Assembly: GCA_963666835.2 (NCBI GenBank)
Contig: CAXXGO010000005.1
Span: 96,001 to 160,000, forward strand
Direction: 5' to 3'
Length of the DNA stretch: 64,000 bases
Source of the DNA: Phycisphaerae bacterium
GTDB lineage: Bacteria; Planctomycetota; Phycisphaerae; UBA1845
Shown here: in pieces, positions 32,543 to 41,710 of the stretch
Layout: every line of letters begins with the position of its first letter
Position numbering within the stretch: the first letter of the stretch is position 1
Made by a program: the position numbers and the translations under genes
Notes under the pieces: model-generated
What the model was told of the DNA's origin: nothing
The model's database searches: none
What the model saw: the letters and a program-made list of their open reading frames with translations, nothing else

Positions 32543-33584
32543 CCTGATTCTCTACCTCGCTCCGGTGGTTAACTCCTTTAATGTCAGTGGTTTGGCAGCT
32601 ACGGCCGCGATAACAAGGCGATCGAAGAGTTTTGCTTCCATCCAGCGACGGTTGGCCCGATAGGTGAACGCGGCCAGGTAACGGTCGAGGTGTTTGGGCG
32701 AAACGCTGTGATATGTGCCCACAATCATCCGCTTCAGGTTGCCGATGAAGGTGTGAACCCAGGGGAAAATTTGAACCGCATTCTTCCCACCGCCCGTCAC
32801 GATTGCCTCGTGCTCGTACCCGGCCTTGGCCACTGAAACGTAACTTCCCCATCCGTCCGTCCGGAGACATGAGCCCTTCGCTACGTGTCTCGTCGTGAAA
32901 CCCCTCAGGCTTCGAGCGTCGACGCTTTTCAGTCCCTGAATGGCGATTCGCTTAGGCCGGTCGTTCTCGTCAAGCTCGACGGCCACTCCCACTGGGACCT
33001 TCTTCTCCACTCCACGCCCCGGCCGACCCGGTTCCCGGCCGCCAACGTATGTCTCGTCGACCTCCACAAGTCCCTGCAGGACATAACGTTGGCATCGTTG
33101 ACGCATGGCCTCGCGGAGCTTCTGCAGCATCATCCAGGCAGTCTGGTAGCAGACCTGGATCTGCTTGGCCAACGCCGTGGCCGCGAGGCCTTTCTTCGAG
33201 TGAGCCTCTTGATACATAGCCCAGAACCACTTCCAGAGCGGCACGCGGGCACCGTGAAACACCGTGCCGGCCGTCGGTGAGGTCTGATGGTGACACTCCC
33301 GGCACTCGACGAGCCCTCGGGTCGGGAGCCACCATCCGCGGTTATGCCCACAGTCCGGGCAGACGAACCGTTCCAGGTTCGGTCCCCAGCGAGCCTTTCG
33401 CAGATACGCGGCACAGGCCGCATCATCTCCGAAGCGACGCATAAACGACGCTACATCCAAGATCTTGGGCACGGGATGCTTCGGGCGAATCTCGTCAGAC
33501 ATGGCCGACCTCCTCCATGAACCATGAAATCGTAAGCCCTAACAAATACCGTACTTAGCCGCCGGAGTCAAGTAGAGAATCAGG
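32543..33584. mobile_element. IS1595-family insertion sequence (1042 bp)
   Basis: Terminal inverted repeats CCTGATTCTCTAC...CTCCGG(T/C)GG(T/C)TAA; 8-bp TSD ACGCACAT at 32535-32542 and 33585-33592. Confidence 0.95.
32552..33502 (-). CDS. IS1595-family DDE transposase
   Basis: CPDC/CREC zinc ribbon, VEVDETYVGG, TDGWGSY, YHSVSPKHLDRYL. Confidence 0.95.
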   Translation of the reverse strand: MSDEIRPKHPVPKILDVASFMRRFGDDAACAAYLRKARWGPNLERFVCPDCGHNRGWWLPTRGLVECRECHHQTSPTAGTVFHGARVPLWKWFWAMYQEAHSKKGLAATALAKQIQVCYQTAWMMLQKLREAMRQRCQRYVLQGLVEVDETYVGGREPGRPGRGVEKKVPVGVAVELDENDRPKRIAIQGLKSVDARSLRGFTTRHVAKGSCLRTDGWGSYVSVAKAGYEHEAIVTGGGKNAVQIFPWVHTFIGNLKRMIVGTYHSVSPKHLDRYLAAFTYRANRRWMEAKLFDRLVIAAVAAKPLTLKELTTGAR

Positions 33585-33725
33585 ACGCACATTTCGGTTG
33601 GAGTTGGTTCGGTCGAAGCTATGAATATGGAGATTCGTGGTACTTTTCGGAGAAGACGCTGCTAAGTGGTCCCGCACCGCTTAGAGAGTACTGCTGCGGA
33701 CGTTAGATCGGAGGACGGATGTTGC

Positions 33726-34424
33726 ATGAGAAAGCCGCTTGCCGAGAAACGTGGGTTTTCCGTACGGAAAACGGATAGGGGCGTTGCTGTAAGGAAATCG
33801 GCCTCGCCATTTTCTCGCGTGTTGTTCGTGTCGCCGTTCATTGCGGCGGCCTTCGTGCTCGCCGTTGTTGCGACGCTCGTGTCCGGATACCTGCCTTTCG
33901 TCACCATTCGGGAACGGAACGGCTGCGATATGGGTCTGTGGACTGCAATCGGGCTGGGAGCCATGTTCCTCACAGGGGCGGGCGTGGCCTGGTGGTTCCT
34001 AGTTCACCTTGTCCTCCGTATCCTGCCTGTTGAGAAGAGGATTGACCGCGCGCAAGGAAGCGTGATATGCCGCGCCTTTATCTGGCGACTTGTATACTTG
34101 CGTCGTGCTCTGAAACTTCCATTGAATGTCGTCGTCCAGGTTTATGATAGCCATGGCGATCCTTGCTTCAGAGTGTTCTTGAGAGATGCAAAAGGTCGAC
34201 ACTTCTTGCTGACGATTCCGACGGTGGTGGGATCACGCTCGGGCGCAAAGGAAGAAGCCTTGGCGCTTGGAGTGCCGATTGCGCGGAGGCTCAAGGCCGA
34301 CATCGTTGTGGAAACACGGACTCGGGCAGGATGGTGTCCTCCTGAGAAACTCGATTCCAGAGATTGGTGCGCGCACCGGGATCCAACACGCGAAGCGCAA
34401 ACCTCGTCGAGTCGTGTTCTCTGA
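33726..34424 (+). CDS. Membrane protein; candidate immunity/partner of Rhs tip 1
   Basis: GGAGG upstream; starts 20 bp after the restored toxin stop; 2 TMs. Confidence 0.65.
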   Translation: MRKPLAEKRGFSVRKTDRGVAVRKSASPFSRVLFVSPFIAAAFVLAVVATLVSGYLPFVTIRERNGCDMGLWTAIGLGAMFLTGAGVAWWFLVHLVLRILPVEKRIDRAQGSVICRAFIWRLVYLRRALKLPLNVVVQVYDSHGDPCFRVFLRDAKGRHFLLTIPTVVGSRSGAKEEALALGVPIARRLKADIVVETRTRAGWCPPEKLDSRDWCAHRDPTREAQTSSSRVL

Positions 34425-34521
34425 GCAGAACTCTCCCGTTGGCTAACAGGCGGGAATTCGGGGGCATCACCACCTGTAAGAACAGACCAAAACGCGCGGG
34501 AGCGAACTCGAGGCCTCAATC

Positions 34522-35280
34522 GTGACGAACGAACCGGTAGACCGAGACAGTGTGGGCCCTAGCCCGGCGAGCCTCCCTTGTGCATCTTGCGGGTACGATC
34601 TTCGCGGGTCATTGGCATCCGACAAATGCCCCGAATGCGAGCATGCCATTGCCGAATCGATTGCGCTTGCCCGCCGCGGACCGAACATTGCCACTCGGAT
34701 GTGCCGCGTCTTTCGGCGCCACTACGTGGCTGCTGGGTTAACGGCCTTCGGGCTCGCTATTGCTCTGGGTTCACTGCTCTCCTATAGAGAACGGACCTCT
34801 GACTACTACTGTCCATTGTGTGCGCGGGTTAGATGGCAACACACTACTGGGCTCGCTGTTCCCTTTACGGACTTATGGGTCGTCGAAGTCCATACGCGAA
34901 CGGAGGCGTTCAGGCCAGACACGGCGATATCACGGCACCTTGATCCTGCCGGAAACTGCACGCACGATTGGGTATTGAATAGCGCGTACGACAAGGATGT
35001 GTTCGGTCCTCGCGGCCCACAATCTCGGCGTGATGTGACCTCGTGTGCTTGTGCAACTGATGAAGACATGTTAGCGTTTCTCAGGGAATTGCCCAACGCA
35101 AGTATGCAGCTTACGGAGCATATTCGGGAACGAGATTTGTGTGAGTGGCTGCCTGACGTTTTCGACCGGTGGGATCGTGAGCGGGAGGAAGTGAGCGGCG
35201 CTGACAGCACGTGCGCCGAGAACTTGGGCGACGAAAATTCCGAGAACGAGAATTCGGGGGACACCATATGGATTCCCTGA
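34522..35280 (+). CDS. Zinc-ribbon membrane protein
   Basis: CASCGYDLRGSLASDKCPEC, one TM, second CPLC; last residues (ENSGDTIWIP) are read from the adjacent repeat. Confidence 0.7.
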   Translation: MTNEPVDRDSVGPSPASLPCASCGYDLRGSLASDKCPECEHAIAESIALARRGPNIATRMCRVFRRHYVAAGLTAFGLAIALGSLLSYRERTSDYYCPLCARVRWQHTTGLAVPFTDLWVVEVHTRTEAFRPDTAISRHLDPAGNCTHDWVLNSAYDKDVFGPRGPQSRRDVTSCACATDEDMLAFLRELPNASMQLTEHIRERDLCEWLPDVFDRWDREREEVSGADSTCAENLGDENSENENSGDTIWIP

Positions 35281-35445
35281 CAGAATTCGGGGGACACTAT
35301 ATGGACAGAATTCGGGGGACACTATATGGATTCCCTGAGCTTTCGCCCACGTCGCTGCTTGGGCTTGAGTTCGGGAGAAAACGGGACATCACTAAGTTCC
35401 GCCGGTTAGCGTCTGGCGACGATTCGGGGAACACCATATCGATTT
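35249..35445. repeat. GAATTCGGGGGACAC repeat cluster plus ~70-bp GGGACATCACT element
   Basis: Three copies of gaattcgggggacac(c/t)atatgga, then an element at 35373-35445 that recurs inverted at 50400-50472. Confidence 0.85.
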
Positions 35446-35461
35446 TGGTCGCATCACCAGC

Positions 35462-37285
35462 ATGGGCTTCAAGCGGAACGGTGCCTCTACCCTTCATCGT
35501 TACGAGTACGGTTACGACGCCAACGGCAACCGAACCTACGCCAAGATCAACCAGGCCGGGCACCCGAACGATCGGTCGTTCCTGTATGGCTACGACAATC
35601 TGAACCGGCTGGTCTACGCTGAACGGGGCGTGCTCGATACATCAGTACCGGTGATAGACAACGGCGGGACCGGCCGGGCGTGGAATCTGGACGTTTTGGG
35701 CAACTGGTCCGGGGACCAGACGAATCAGCGAAGCGTGATCGATTACACGTTCTCGTCCGGGAATCCCGGGTACTCCAGCAGTGATACCGTTACCGCCTAT
35801 ACCCATCACGATACCGACGCGACGAACCAGATCGTGCAACATCGCTACGATGCAACCCCCCAGACCCCGAGTTCCGTCGCCACCACCGATTTCCATTACG
35901 ACAAGGCCGGGAACGTCATCCTCGATAACGAGCATTTCTACAAATACGACGCCTGGAACCGGGTCGCACGCGTCAGCGAACGAGGCACCCTGGCCGTGAG
36001 CGGCGACACCTTCACCGGCGCTGTCGGCGATCTTCTCAGCATTTTCTTCTACGACGCCCTCGGCCGGCGGATCAACAAGAGGGTGTACAACTCCGAAGCC
36101 CTCAACACGACCGGCTACGGCGACTACTTCTACTACGACGGCCACCGCGTGCTGGAGCATCGCAAGACCAACGCGGCCGGGACCGCCGTCGAGCCGCATC
36201 GCCGGTACGTTTACGGGTTGGACTATATCGATGAGGTGGTGGCGTATTACGACACCGGTGCCGCCGATCCGGACCCGCATTTCGTGCTTCAGGACGCCAA
36301 CTACGACGTCGTGGGCGTGACCGATCACCAGGGATACCTTCAGCAGCAGTACTCGTACGCCCCGTACGGGGCGTATCAGCACATCGAGGACGGGTCCGGC
36401 GTGCGGTATAACGAGATGGACGCCGACCTCACCGAACTACTGATCCCCCTCGGCCGCAACGGCCTGATCCTTGACCGCGAAACCGGCCTCTACTATAACC
36501 GCGCCCGCTATTACGATCCCCTGCTATCGAGATTTCTGCAGGCGGACCCGAACGGGACGGGGTTGGTGGCTTCGGGTATGTTACTGCGGAACGGGTCTTC
36601 GCCAGGCCTAGCGCCTGCGGTGAATGCGGCAGGCCAATACGCCGACGGGATGAACGTATATGAGTATGCTCTGAGCGGTCCGTCATACGCGGTTGATCCA
36701 AGAGGACTCGGCATAACGGTTGCCCAGAAGTGTATGGTGCTGGTTAATATCAACCACGAGGAAGACAAGAGATGGCTCCTTACAAGAGCAGAGAGCCTTG
36801 TTTGCAGCGCGTGGGGAAACCTTGTCTGCCATGCTGATAAGTACAACCGACAGCCCTGCAAGGACGAGGAAGGCAATGACATAGTCGACGAAGTGACAGG
36901 TGAGCCGACAATGTGTGATCGCCCAGGTTTGATCCCGAATTTCCCGTCTATCACGACGTTCACGGGCCCTGGCAAGGGTGAGGAGGAGTGGCTGCCAATA
37001 TTCAATGCCGCAAAGACAGCTGCGCTCGCCCGAGGCGCGGAGCTAGCCGAGGATTGCGAATGCAACTGCAAGCGAATCGCGGTTGTTCTGAAGTGCAATT
37101 TTCGAGCGAAGTTAGGCGACACGAGAAGTAAATGGTACCGGGAGGAATGTCCGCGACAGTCTCAGTGGTTCAAGAAAGACGGAACGGATCTTTTTAGTGG
37201 GCGGAGTGGACGTATTGACTGGTATGGCACTTTCAAGACGTTCCCATGCAAGAATCGGCAGGCTAAGCCTAAACGGAGAAGGTAG
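35462..37285 (+). CDS. Orphan Rhs core plus C-terminal tip, cassette 2 (5'-truncated)
   Basis: YGYDANGNRTY, YD repeats, ETGLYYNRARYYDP, DPRG then a ~190-aa Cys-rich unique tip. Confidence 0.9.
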   Translation: MGFKRNGASTLHRYEYGYDANGNRTYAKINQAGHPNDRSFLYGYDNLNRLVYAERGVLDTSVPVIDNGGTGRAWNLDVLGNWSGDQTNQRSVIDYTFSSGNPGYSSSDTVTAYTHHDTDATNQIVQHRYDATPQTPSSVATTDFHYDKAGNVILDNEHFYKYDAWNRVARVSERGTLAVSGDTFTGAVGDLLSIFFYDALGRRINKRVYNSEALNTTGYGDYFYYDGHRVLEHRKTNAAGTAVEPHRRYVYGLDYIDEVVAYYDTGAADPDPHFVLQDANYDVVGVTDHQGYLQQQYSYAPYGAYQHIEDGSGVRYNEMDADLTELLIPLGRNGLILDRETGLYYNRARYYDPLLSRFLQADPNGTGLVASGMLLRNGSSPGLAPAVNAAGQYADGMNVYEYALSGPSYAVDPRGLGITVAQKCMVLVNINHEEDKRWLLTRAESLVCSAWGNLVCHADKYNRQPCKDEEGNDIVDEVTGEPTMCDRPGLIPNFPSITTFTGPGKGEEEWLPIFNAAKTAALARGAELAEDCECNCKRIAVVLKCNFRAKLGDTRSKWYREECPRQSQWFKKDGTDLFSGRSGRIDWYGTFKTFPCKNRQAKPKRRR

Positions 37286-37293
37286 CTGCTTCT

Positions 37294-37671
37294 ATGGTCA
37301 CCTGCACTAGGCAACGAGCGTTTGTGTTGGCACTGGCGGCAGGATGCGTGTTCTTCGCTACCTTCGACTTATGCCGAGTCAAAGACCGGTTGTGGCCACA
37401 TGAGATGTGGCTGTGGGGACAATGCGACGATCTGTTGGGCGTCGCCGGTATGAGCGATTCGGCCGACTACGCTGGTTTTTCCCGGTATATGCTTGCTGGA
37501 CAGTTATCTTATGTCCTCCAGTCCGCCCCCGTACTGGGGCTCGCGCTGGTTGTTTACCACTTATGTGCGTATCGGCATCGGCGGGATCGGCATGCCCGCT
37601 GCGCGTCGTGTGGTCATATCCTAAAGGGCCTAACTGCGCCGCGATGTCCGGAATGCGGGTGCAGAATATGA
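37294..37671 (+). CDS. Membrane protein with C-terminal zinc ribbon; candidate immunity/partner
   Basis: Starts 8 bp after the Rhs stop; CASCGHILKGLTAPRCPECG. Confidence 0.75.
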   Translation: MVTCTRQRAFVLALAAGCVFFATFDLCRVKDRLWPHEMWLWGQCDDLLGVAGMSDSADYAGFSRYMLAGQLSYVLQSAPVLGLALVVYHLCAYRHRRDRHARCASCGHILKGLTAPRCPECGCRI

Positions 37672-38006
37672 AAGTGCTGCTTCGCCAGTCTCTAAGAGGA
37701 GGCGCCGCCATTGCCGTTGGCATGTTAGTATATGCTCTCGTCTCTGTCTCACCGCCGGATTATGACGCCAAGCCAGCGCCAGTTCTATGGTTCGACCTTC
37801 TCCACCGGTGGTCTGAGAGCTGGTTCTTCGCCATGCACACAACCCGGATCCTAGCCGTCGTACCCGGCCTAGTGGCGTCATTATTCGTTTACCATCGTCT
37901 ATCTCGCGCATCTTATCGTGGGGGACCGACTCGGTGTGCGGCCTGTGGGAAAGTCATGCGGGGTCTGACCGAACCAGTGTGTCCGCATTGCGGGGAACCG
38001 GTTTGA
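37668..38006 (+). CDS. Membrane protein with C-terminal zinc ribbon; second candidate partner
   Basis: ATGA overlap with the previous gene; 2 TMs; CAACGKVMRGLTEPVCPHCG. Confidence 0.75.
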   Translation: MKVLLRQSLRGGAAIAVGMLVYALVSVSPPDYDAKPAPVLWFDLLHRWSESWFFAMHTTRILAVVPGLVASLFVYHRLSRASYRGGPTRCAACGKVMRGLTEPVCPHCGEPV

Positions 38007-38088
38007 CAACGTCGACACGCGATCATACAGTCGGAGGGAGGGGGAACTCGATTCCACTCGGTCTTCGTTCGAGTCGGGTTCGAACGGT

Positions 38089-39789
38089 GTGGGGCGGACG
38101 TGGAACTTGGACGCTTTGGGAAACTGGTCCGGGGACCAGACGAATCAGCGAAGCGTGATCGATTACACCTTCTCGTCCGGCGGGCCCGGCTACTCCAGCA
38201 GCGACACCCTTACCGCCTATACCCATCACGATACCGACGCGACGAACCAGATCGTCCAACATCACCAGACCCCGAGTTCCGTCGCCACCACCGATTTCCA
38301 TTACGATAAGGCCGGGAACCTCATTCTCGATAACAAACATTTCTACAAATACGACGCCTGGAACCGGGTCGCACGCGTCAGCGAACGAGGCACCCTGGCC
38401 GTGAGCGGCGACACCTTCACCGGCGCTGTCGGCGATCTTCTCAGCATTTTCTTCTACGACGCCCTTGGCCGGCGGATCAACAAGAGGGTGTACAACTCCG
38501 AAGCCCTCAACACGACCGGCTACGGCGACTACTTCTACTACGACGGCCACCGCATGCTGGAGCACCGCAAGACCAACGCGGGCGACACGGCCGTCGAGCC
38601 GCATCGCCGGTACGTTTACGGGTTGGATTATATCGATGAGGTCGTGGCGTATTACGACACCGGTGCCGCCGATCCGGACCCGCATTTCGTGCTGCAAGAC
38701 GCCAACTACGACGTCGTGGGCGTGACCGATCACCTGGGATACCTCGAGCAGCAGTATTCGTACGCCCCGTACGGTGCGTATCAGCACATCGAGGACGGAT
38801 CCGGCAACGCAGAAGGCACCGGCCCTGCCGATCTTACCGCGCTGCTGATCCCCCTCGGCCGCAACGGCCTGTTCCTTGACCGCGAAACCGGCCTCTACTA
38901 TAACCGCATTAGGCACTACGATCCGCTGTTGGCTCGATTCTTGCAGCAGGATCCGCTTGGGACAGGGCTGTTGCTCGTGAATGCAATGATGAGGAATGCG
39001 TCATCGCCTGGTGTTGGCTCGCAGTTCAGTGTAGGCGGGCAGTATAGCGATGGGACGAGTTTGTATGAGCTCGCACGCTCAAACGCGTTGGGATGGATTG
39101 ACCCTATGGGTCAACAATCCCTCCGTTCGTGGTTTCGGGGGGACATGCCAGATTGGGTGACGCCGGACTATTCCTTCGAAGACCTGATTCGGTGGTACTT
39201 GGAGGCGCACGGAGGGGCAAACGCAGACCCCAGGGGTTGTTTACGTAAAGTCTACAAGGCACTCGGCAGTGACTACGACAAGAAGACCGGACAGCCGGGA
39301 ACGGTAGGAGGGGAGAAGGTTGCCTGGTCTTACATCCACTGCGTCAATCACTGTGCTCTAACAAGGAATAGCCACATTTGTGGCGGTCCGAGTGCGTCCA
39401 TGAAGATCGGCGAATTGACCGAGGCTGTTCAGAAGTTCATATGCTTGGGCGGGAATGCTGGGGGCGGCCTGGTCAAGAGGCTGGCAGGAAGAGCTAACAA
39501 GAAATGGGCCGACAAGATTGAGTCGGAATGTCAGAGTGCTTATCAGCGATCTGACTACTTCGACAACGCACTTGGCCGCAAGTGTGGTGCGACGGACGAG
39601 AAATGCTCGATCTGTTGCGAGAAGAAGATGCGAGGTAAGACTCGTGACAAACTCCCGGAGGGGCCGGGCACATCTAGGCCGTTTGGGCCTCACCACCCGA
39701 GGAGGCCGGGGCCGGATTGGCCCGAAGATGATCCGTTGCTTCCCGACAACTGGGGGCCTGAGGGCGTGCGTTTGCCCGGCGGCAAGTAG
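38089..39789 (+). CDS. Orphan Rhs core plus C-terminal tip, cassette 3 (5'-truncated; Rhs similarity starts ~38037)
   Basis: Core near-identical to cassettes 1 and 2; DPMG then a unique tip. Confidence 0.9.
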   Translation: MGRTWNLDALGNWSGDQTNQRSVIDYTFSSGGPGYSSSDTLTAYTHHDTDATNQIVQHHQTPSSVATTDFHYDKAGNLILDNKHFYKYDAWNRVARVSERGTLAVSGDTFTGAVGDLLSIFFYDALGRRINKRVYNSEALNTTGYGDYFYYDGHRMLEHRKTNAGDTAVEPHRRYVYGLDYIDEVVAYYDTGAADPDPHFVLQDANYDVVGVTDHLGYLEQQYSYAPYGAYQHIEDGSGNAEGTGPADLTALLIPLGRNGLFLDRETGLYYNRIRHYDPLLARFLQQDPLGTGLLLVNAMMRNASSPGVGSQFSVGGQYSDGTSLYELARSNALGWIDPMGQQSLRSWFRGDMPDWVTPDYSFEDLIRWYLEAHGGANADPRGCLRKVYKALGSDYDKKTGQPGTVGGEKVAWSYIHCVNHCALTRNSHICGGPSASMKIGELTEAVQKFICLGGNAGGGLVKRLAGRANKKWADKIESECQSAYQRSDYFDNALGRKCGATDEKCSICCEKKMRGKTRDKLPEGPGTSRPFGPHHPRRPGPDWPEDDPLLPDNWGPEGVRLPGGK

Positions 39790-39886
39790 CGTGAAGGAGA
39801 AGTCGGGTTTGTGTGGTTTGGGGAGCGTAGATCACGTGAGGACAAGCCGTGGGCGAGCGAGGACAAGAGGCAGGAGGTCCGCAACT

Positions 39887-40885
39887 ATGGTAAGGACAAT
39901 CAGTACAGCAGTATTCGCCGTGGCGGGCGCGTGTAGCTGCTGGGCGCAGGGCAATAGCGGAATCGCAACGCGCCCGCCGCCGCATATTCGTGCTCCGGAG
40001 ATGGTGTTGGTTAAGGGCGGTACGTTTCTGATGGGGAGCCCGATTGACGACCGGTCCTCGTACGAATACCACGAGTGTGAACGTCCGCAACAGGAGGTTC
40101 GCGTCGGTGGTTTTTACCTGGCGAGGTTTGTCGTAACCGCCGAGGAGTTCTGCAGATTCCTTAACGAGCGTGGTGAAGACGGTCTCGTGTGCGTTGAGTA
40201 CGCAGGTAGACCGACGACGATTGAAGTAAAGGACGGGACTTATCGTCCCCGACGATGGGCTGAACGATGCCCAGCCACTCGTGTAACGTGGAAGGGTGCC
40301 GTTGGGTATAGCGCTTGGCTATCAAAGAAGACGGGGCATTCATATCGGCTACCCACGGAGACTGAGTGGGAGTACGCCGCTCGGGGGACCGAGCTGCGTC
40401 CCTGGCCCTGGGGCACTGAAGCACCCGATGACCACAACCTCGACCCGAAGGCCAACCCGTTCTTCGAGCACTATGGCGCTCGCTGGATATATCATCCGTG
40501 GGCACCGGATCAGCCGGTACTTCGATCTCCTGTTGGCAGCTTCCCAAGGGGGGCGACCCCTGACGGGATCCTCGACATGTTGGGATATAGCTTCGGTGAA
40601 TGGTGTGCGGACGAGTATGCCGAAAGCTCAGGAGGCGGATCAGCGGCTGAGGACGTCCGACGGCGACGCGTCGTACGAGGGGTCTACCACAAGGCCACTA
40701 ACGTGACAGTAGGGGATGTCTTGGAGGAGAAGAAGAAGGCAAAGACCATCTTCGGTGTGATGGGCGAACCAAGTATGCCGCAATACCATCCAGGTCGGAG
40801 CTGGACGCGCATGGGCGTGGACGAACAGACTGGCGTAGGTCTGATACGCCTGGCAACGGACGGGAAGGCAGACGGCAGGGAGTAG
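39887..40885 (+). CDS. Secreted formylglycine-generating-enzyme (FGE-sulfatase) domain protein; candidate partner of Rhs tip 3
   Basis: AGGAGG RBS, signal peptide, MVLVKGGTFLMGS, YRLPTETEWEYAARG. Confidence 0.85.
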   Translation: MVRTISTAVFAVAGACSCWAQGNSGIATRPPPHIRAPEMVLVKGGTFLMGSPIDDRSSYEYHECERPQQEVRVGGFYLARFVVTAEEFCRFLNERGEDGLVCVEYAGRPTTIEVKDGTYRPRRWAERCPATRVTWKGAVGYSAWLSKKTGHSYRLPTETEWEYAARGTELRPWPWGTEAPDDHNLDPKANPFFEHYGARWIYHPWAPDQPVLRSPVGSFPRGATPDGILDMLGYSFGEWCADEYAESSGGGSAAEDVRRRRVVRGVYHKATNVTVGDVLEEKKKAKTIFGVMGEPSMPQYHPGRSWTRMGVDEQTGVGLIRLATDGKADGRE

Positions 40886-40891
40886 CGACGA

Positions 40892-40916
40892 AAAGGGGAA
40901 AACGGGGACATCACTA
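40892..40916. repeat. GGGGACATCACT motif closing the Rhs array
   Basis: aaaggggaaaacggggacatcacta, the same core as at 35373 and 50450. Confidence 0.65.
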
Positions 40917-41710
40917 GTCCTTCGCTTCTTCCGTCCGGTATCCTACCGGGCTACGATCCGTCCTCAGTTGAGGAGCCTCCGCGGGAGCCGGGCCGGTCGG
41001 CGTAAAGGCACCGGGATTCTGTCGGCATGGACTCGACCGGCGGACAATCAGCTACATCCCGTTCCCTGTTTGCGATCCCGATCGCCAGCAACATTTTTCT
41101 GATCGACACACTTGGTTCTACGGTCGTGAGAAGCCAAGCGCAGGCTGCGCATGTGGCGGGGACGATGAGTCAGGCCGGCCTGAGTCTCCATTGCGTCGGG
41201 CGACGGCGTGGGCGCCTGGTGACAGGCGGCTCTCTCGTGTATTGGTCATGGGGTAAACGGGTCATTCGACAACTCCATGCATCAGCCAACCATGGTACGG
41301 GTGTGAGGGTCGTGGCGCGTGACAGTAGAGAGACAAGCGGCTTGTTCTTGAAGAACATGTGGCTTGCGTCTCGATGACATTGCACGGTCGGTGCCGTACC
41401 ACCTCCCCGGAGGGATGATCCTCCGGTCGAGTGACAGCCCCCAGCGAAGGATTCCTCGTCATCGTCGCCAAGAACAGGAGCTGCGGGAAGGCGAGCGCTG
41501 TTGGCCTGGAGAATCCGTAATGGATGATCATCGCTTTCCTCTCCGACCGAGGCGCTTGATGCCCCACGCCGTTATGACGATCAGGACGAGGGCGCCGCCG
41601 TCGAACCAGAAGTCCGGCGGATTGCCGCCCATGAACGGCAGGATGTGAGAAATCGGAAACTCTGCGTCGCCTCGGATCTGGCCTATGAGTGCCGCCGCAA
41701 TAATAATAAT

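Larger units (their letters stand above)
31246..33706 (+). pseudogene. Orphan Rhs core plus C-terminal tip, cassette 1, interrupted by IS1595
   Basis: YD repeats, ETGLYYNRARYYDP...DPYG; removing the IS and one TSD joins ...SWWAYAH to FGWSWFGRSY...EYCCGR* (stop 33704-33706). Confidence 0.9.

Noticed and set aside
35249..35340. Possible CRISPR array (gaattcgggggacac repeats)
   Set aside because: Repeats are nearly adjacent (2-10 bp apart), with no unique spacers and no cas genes
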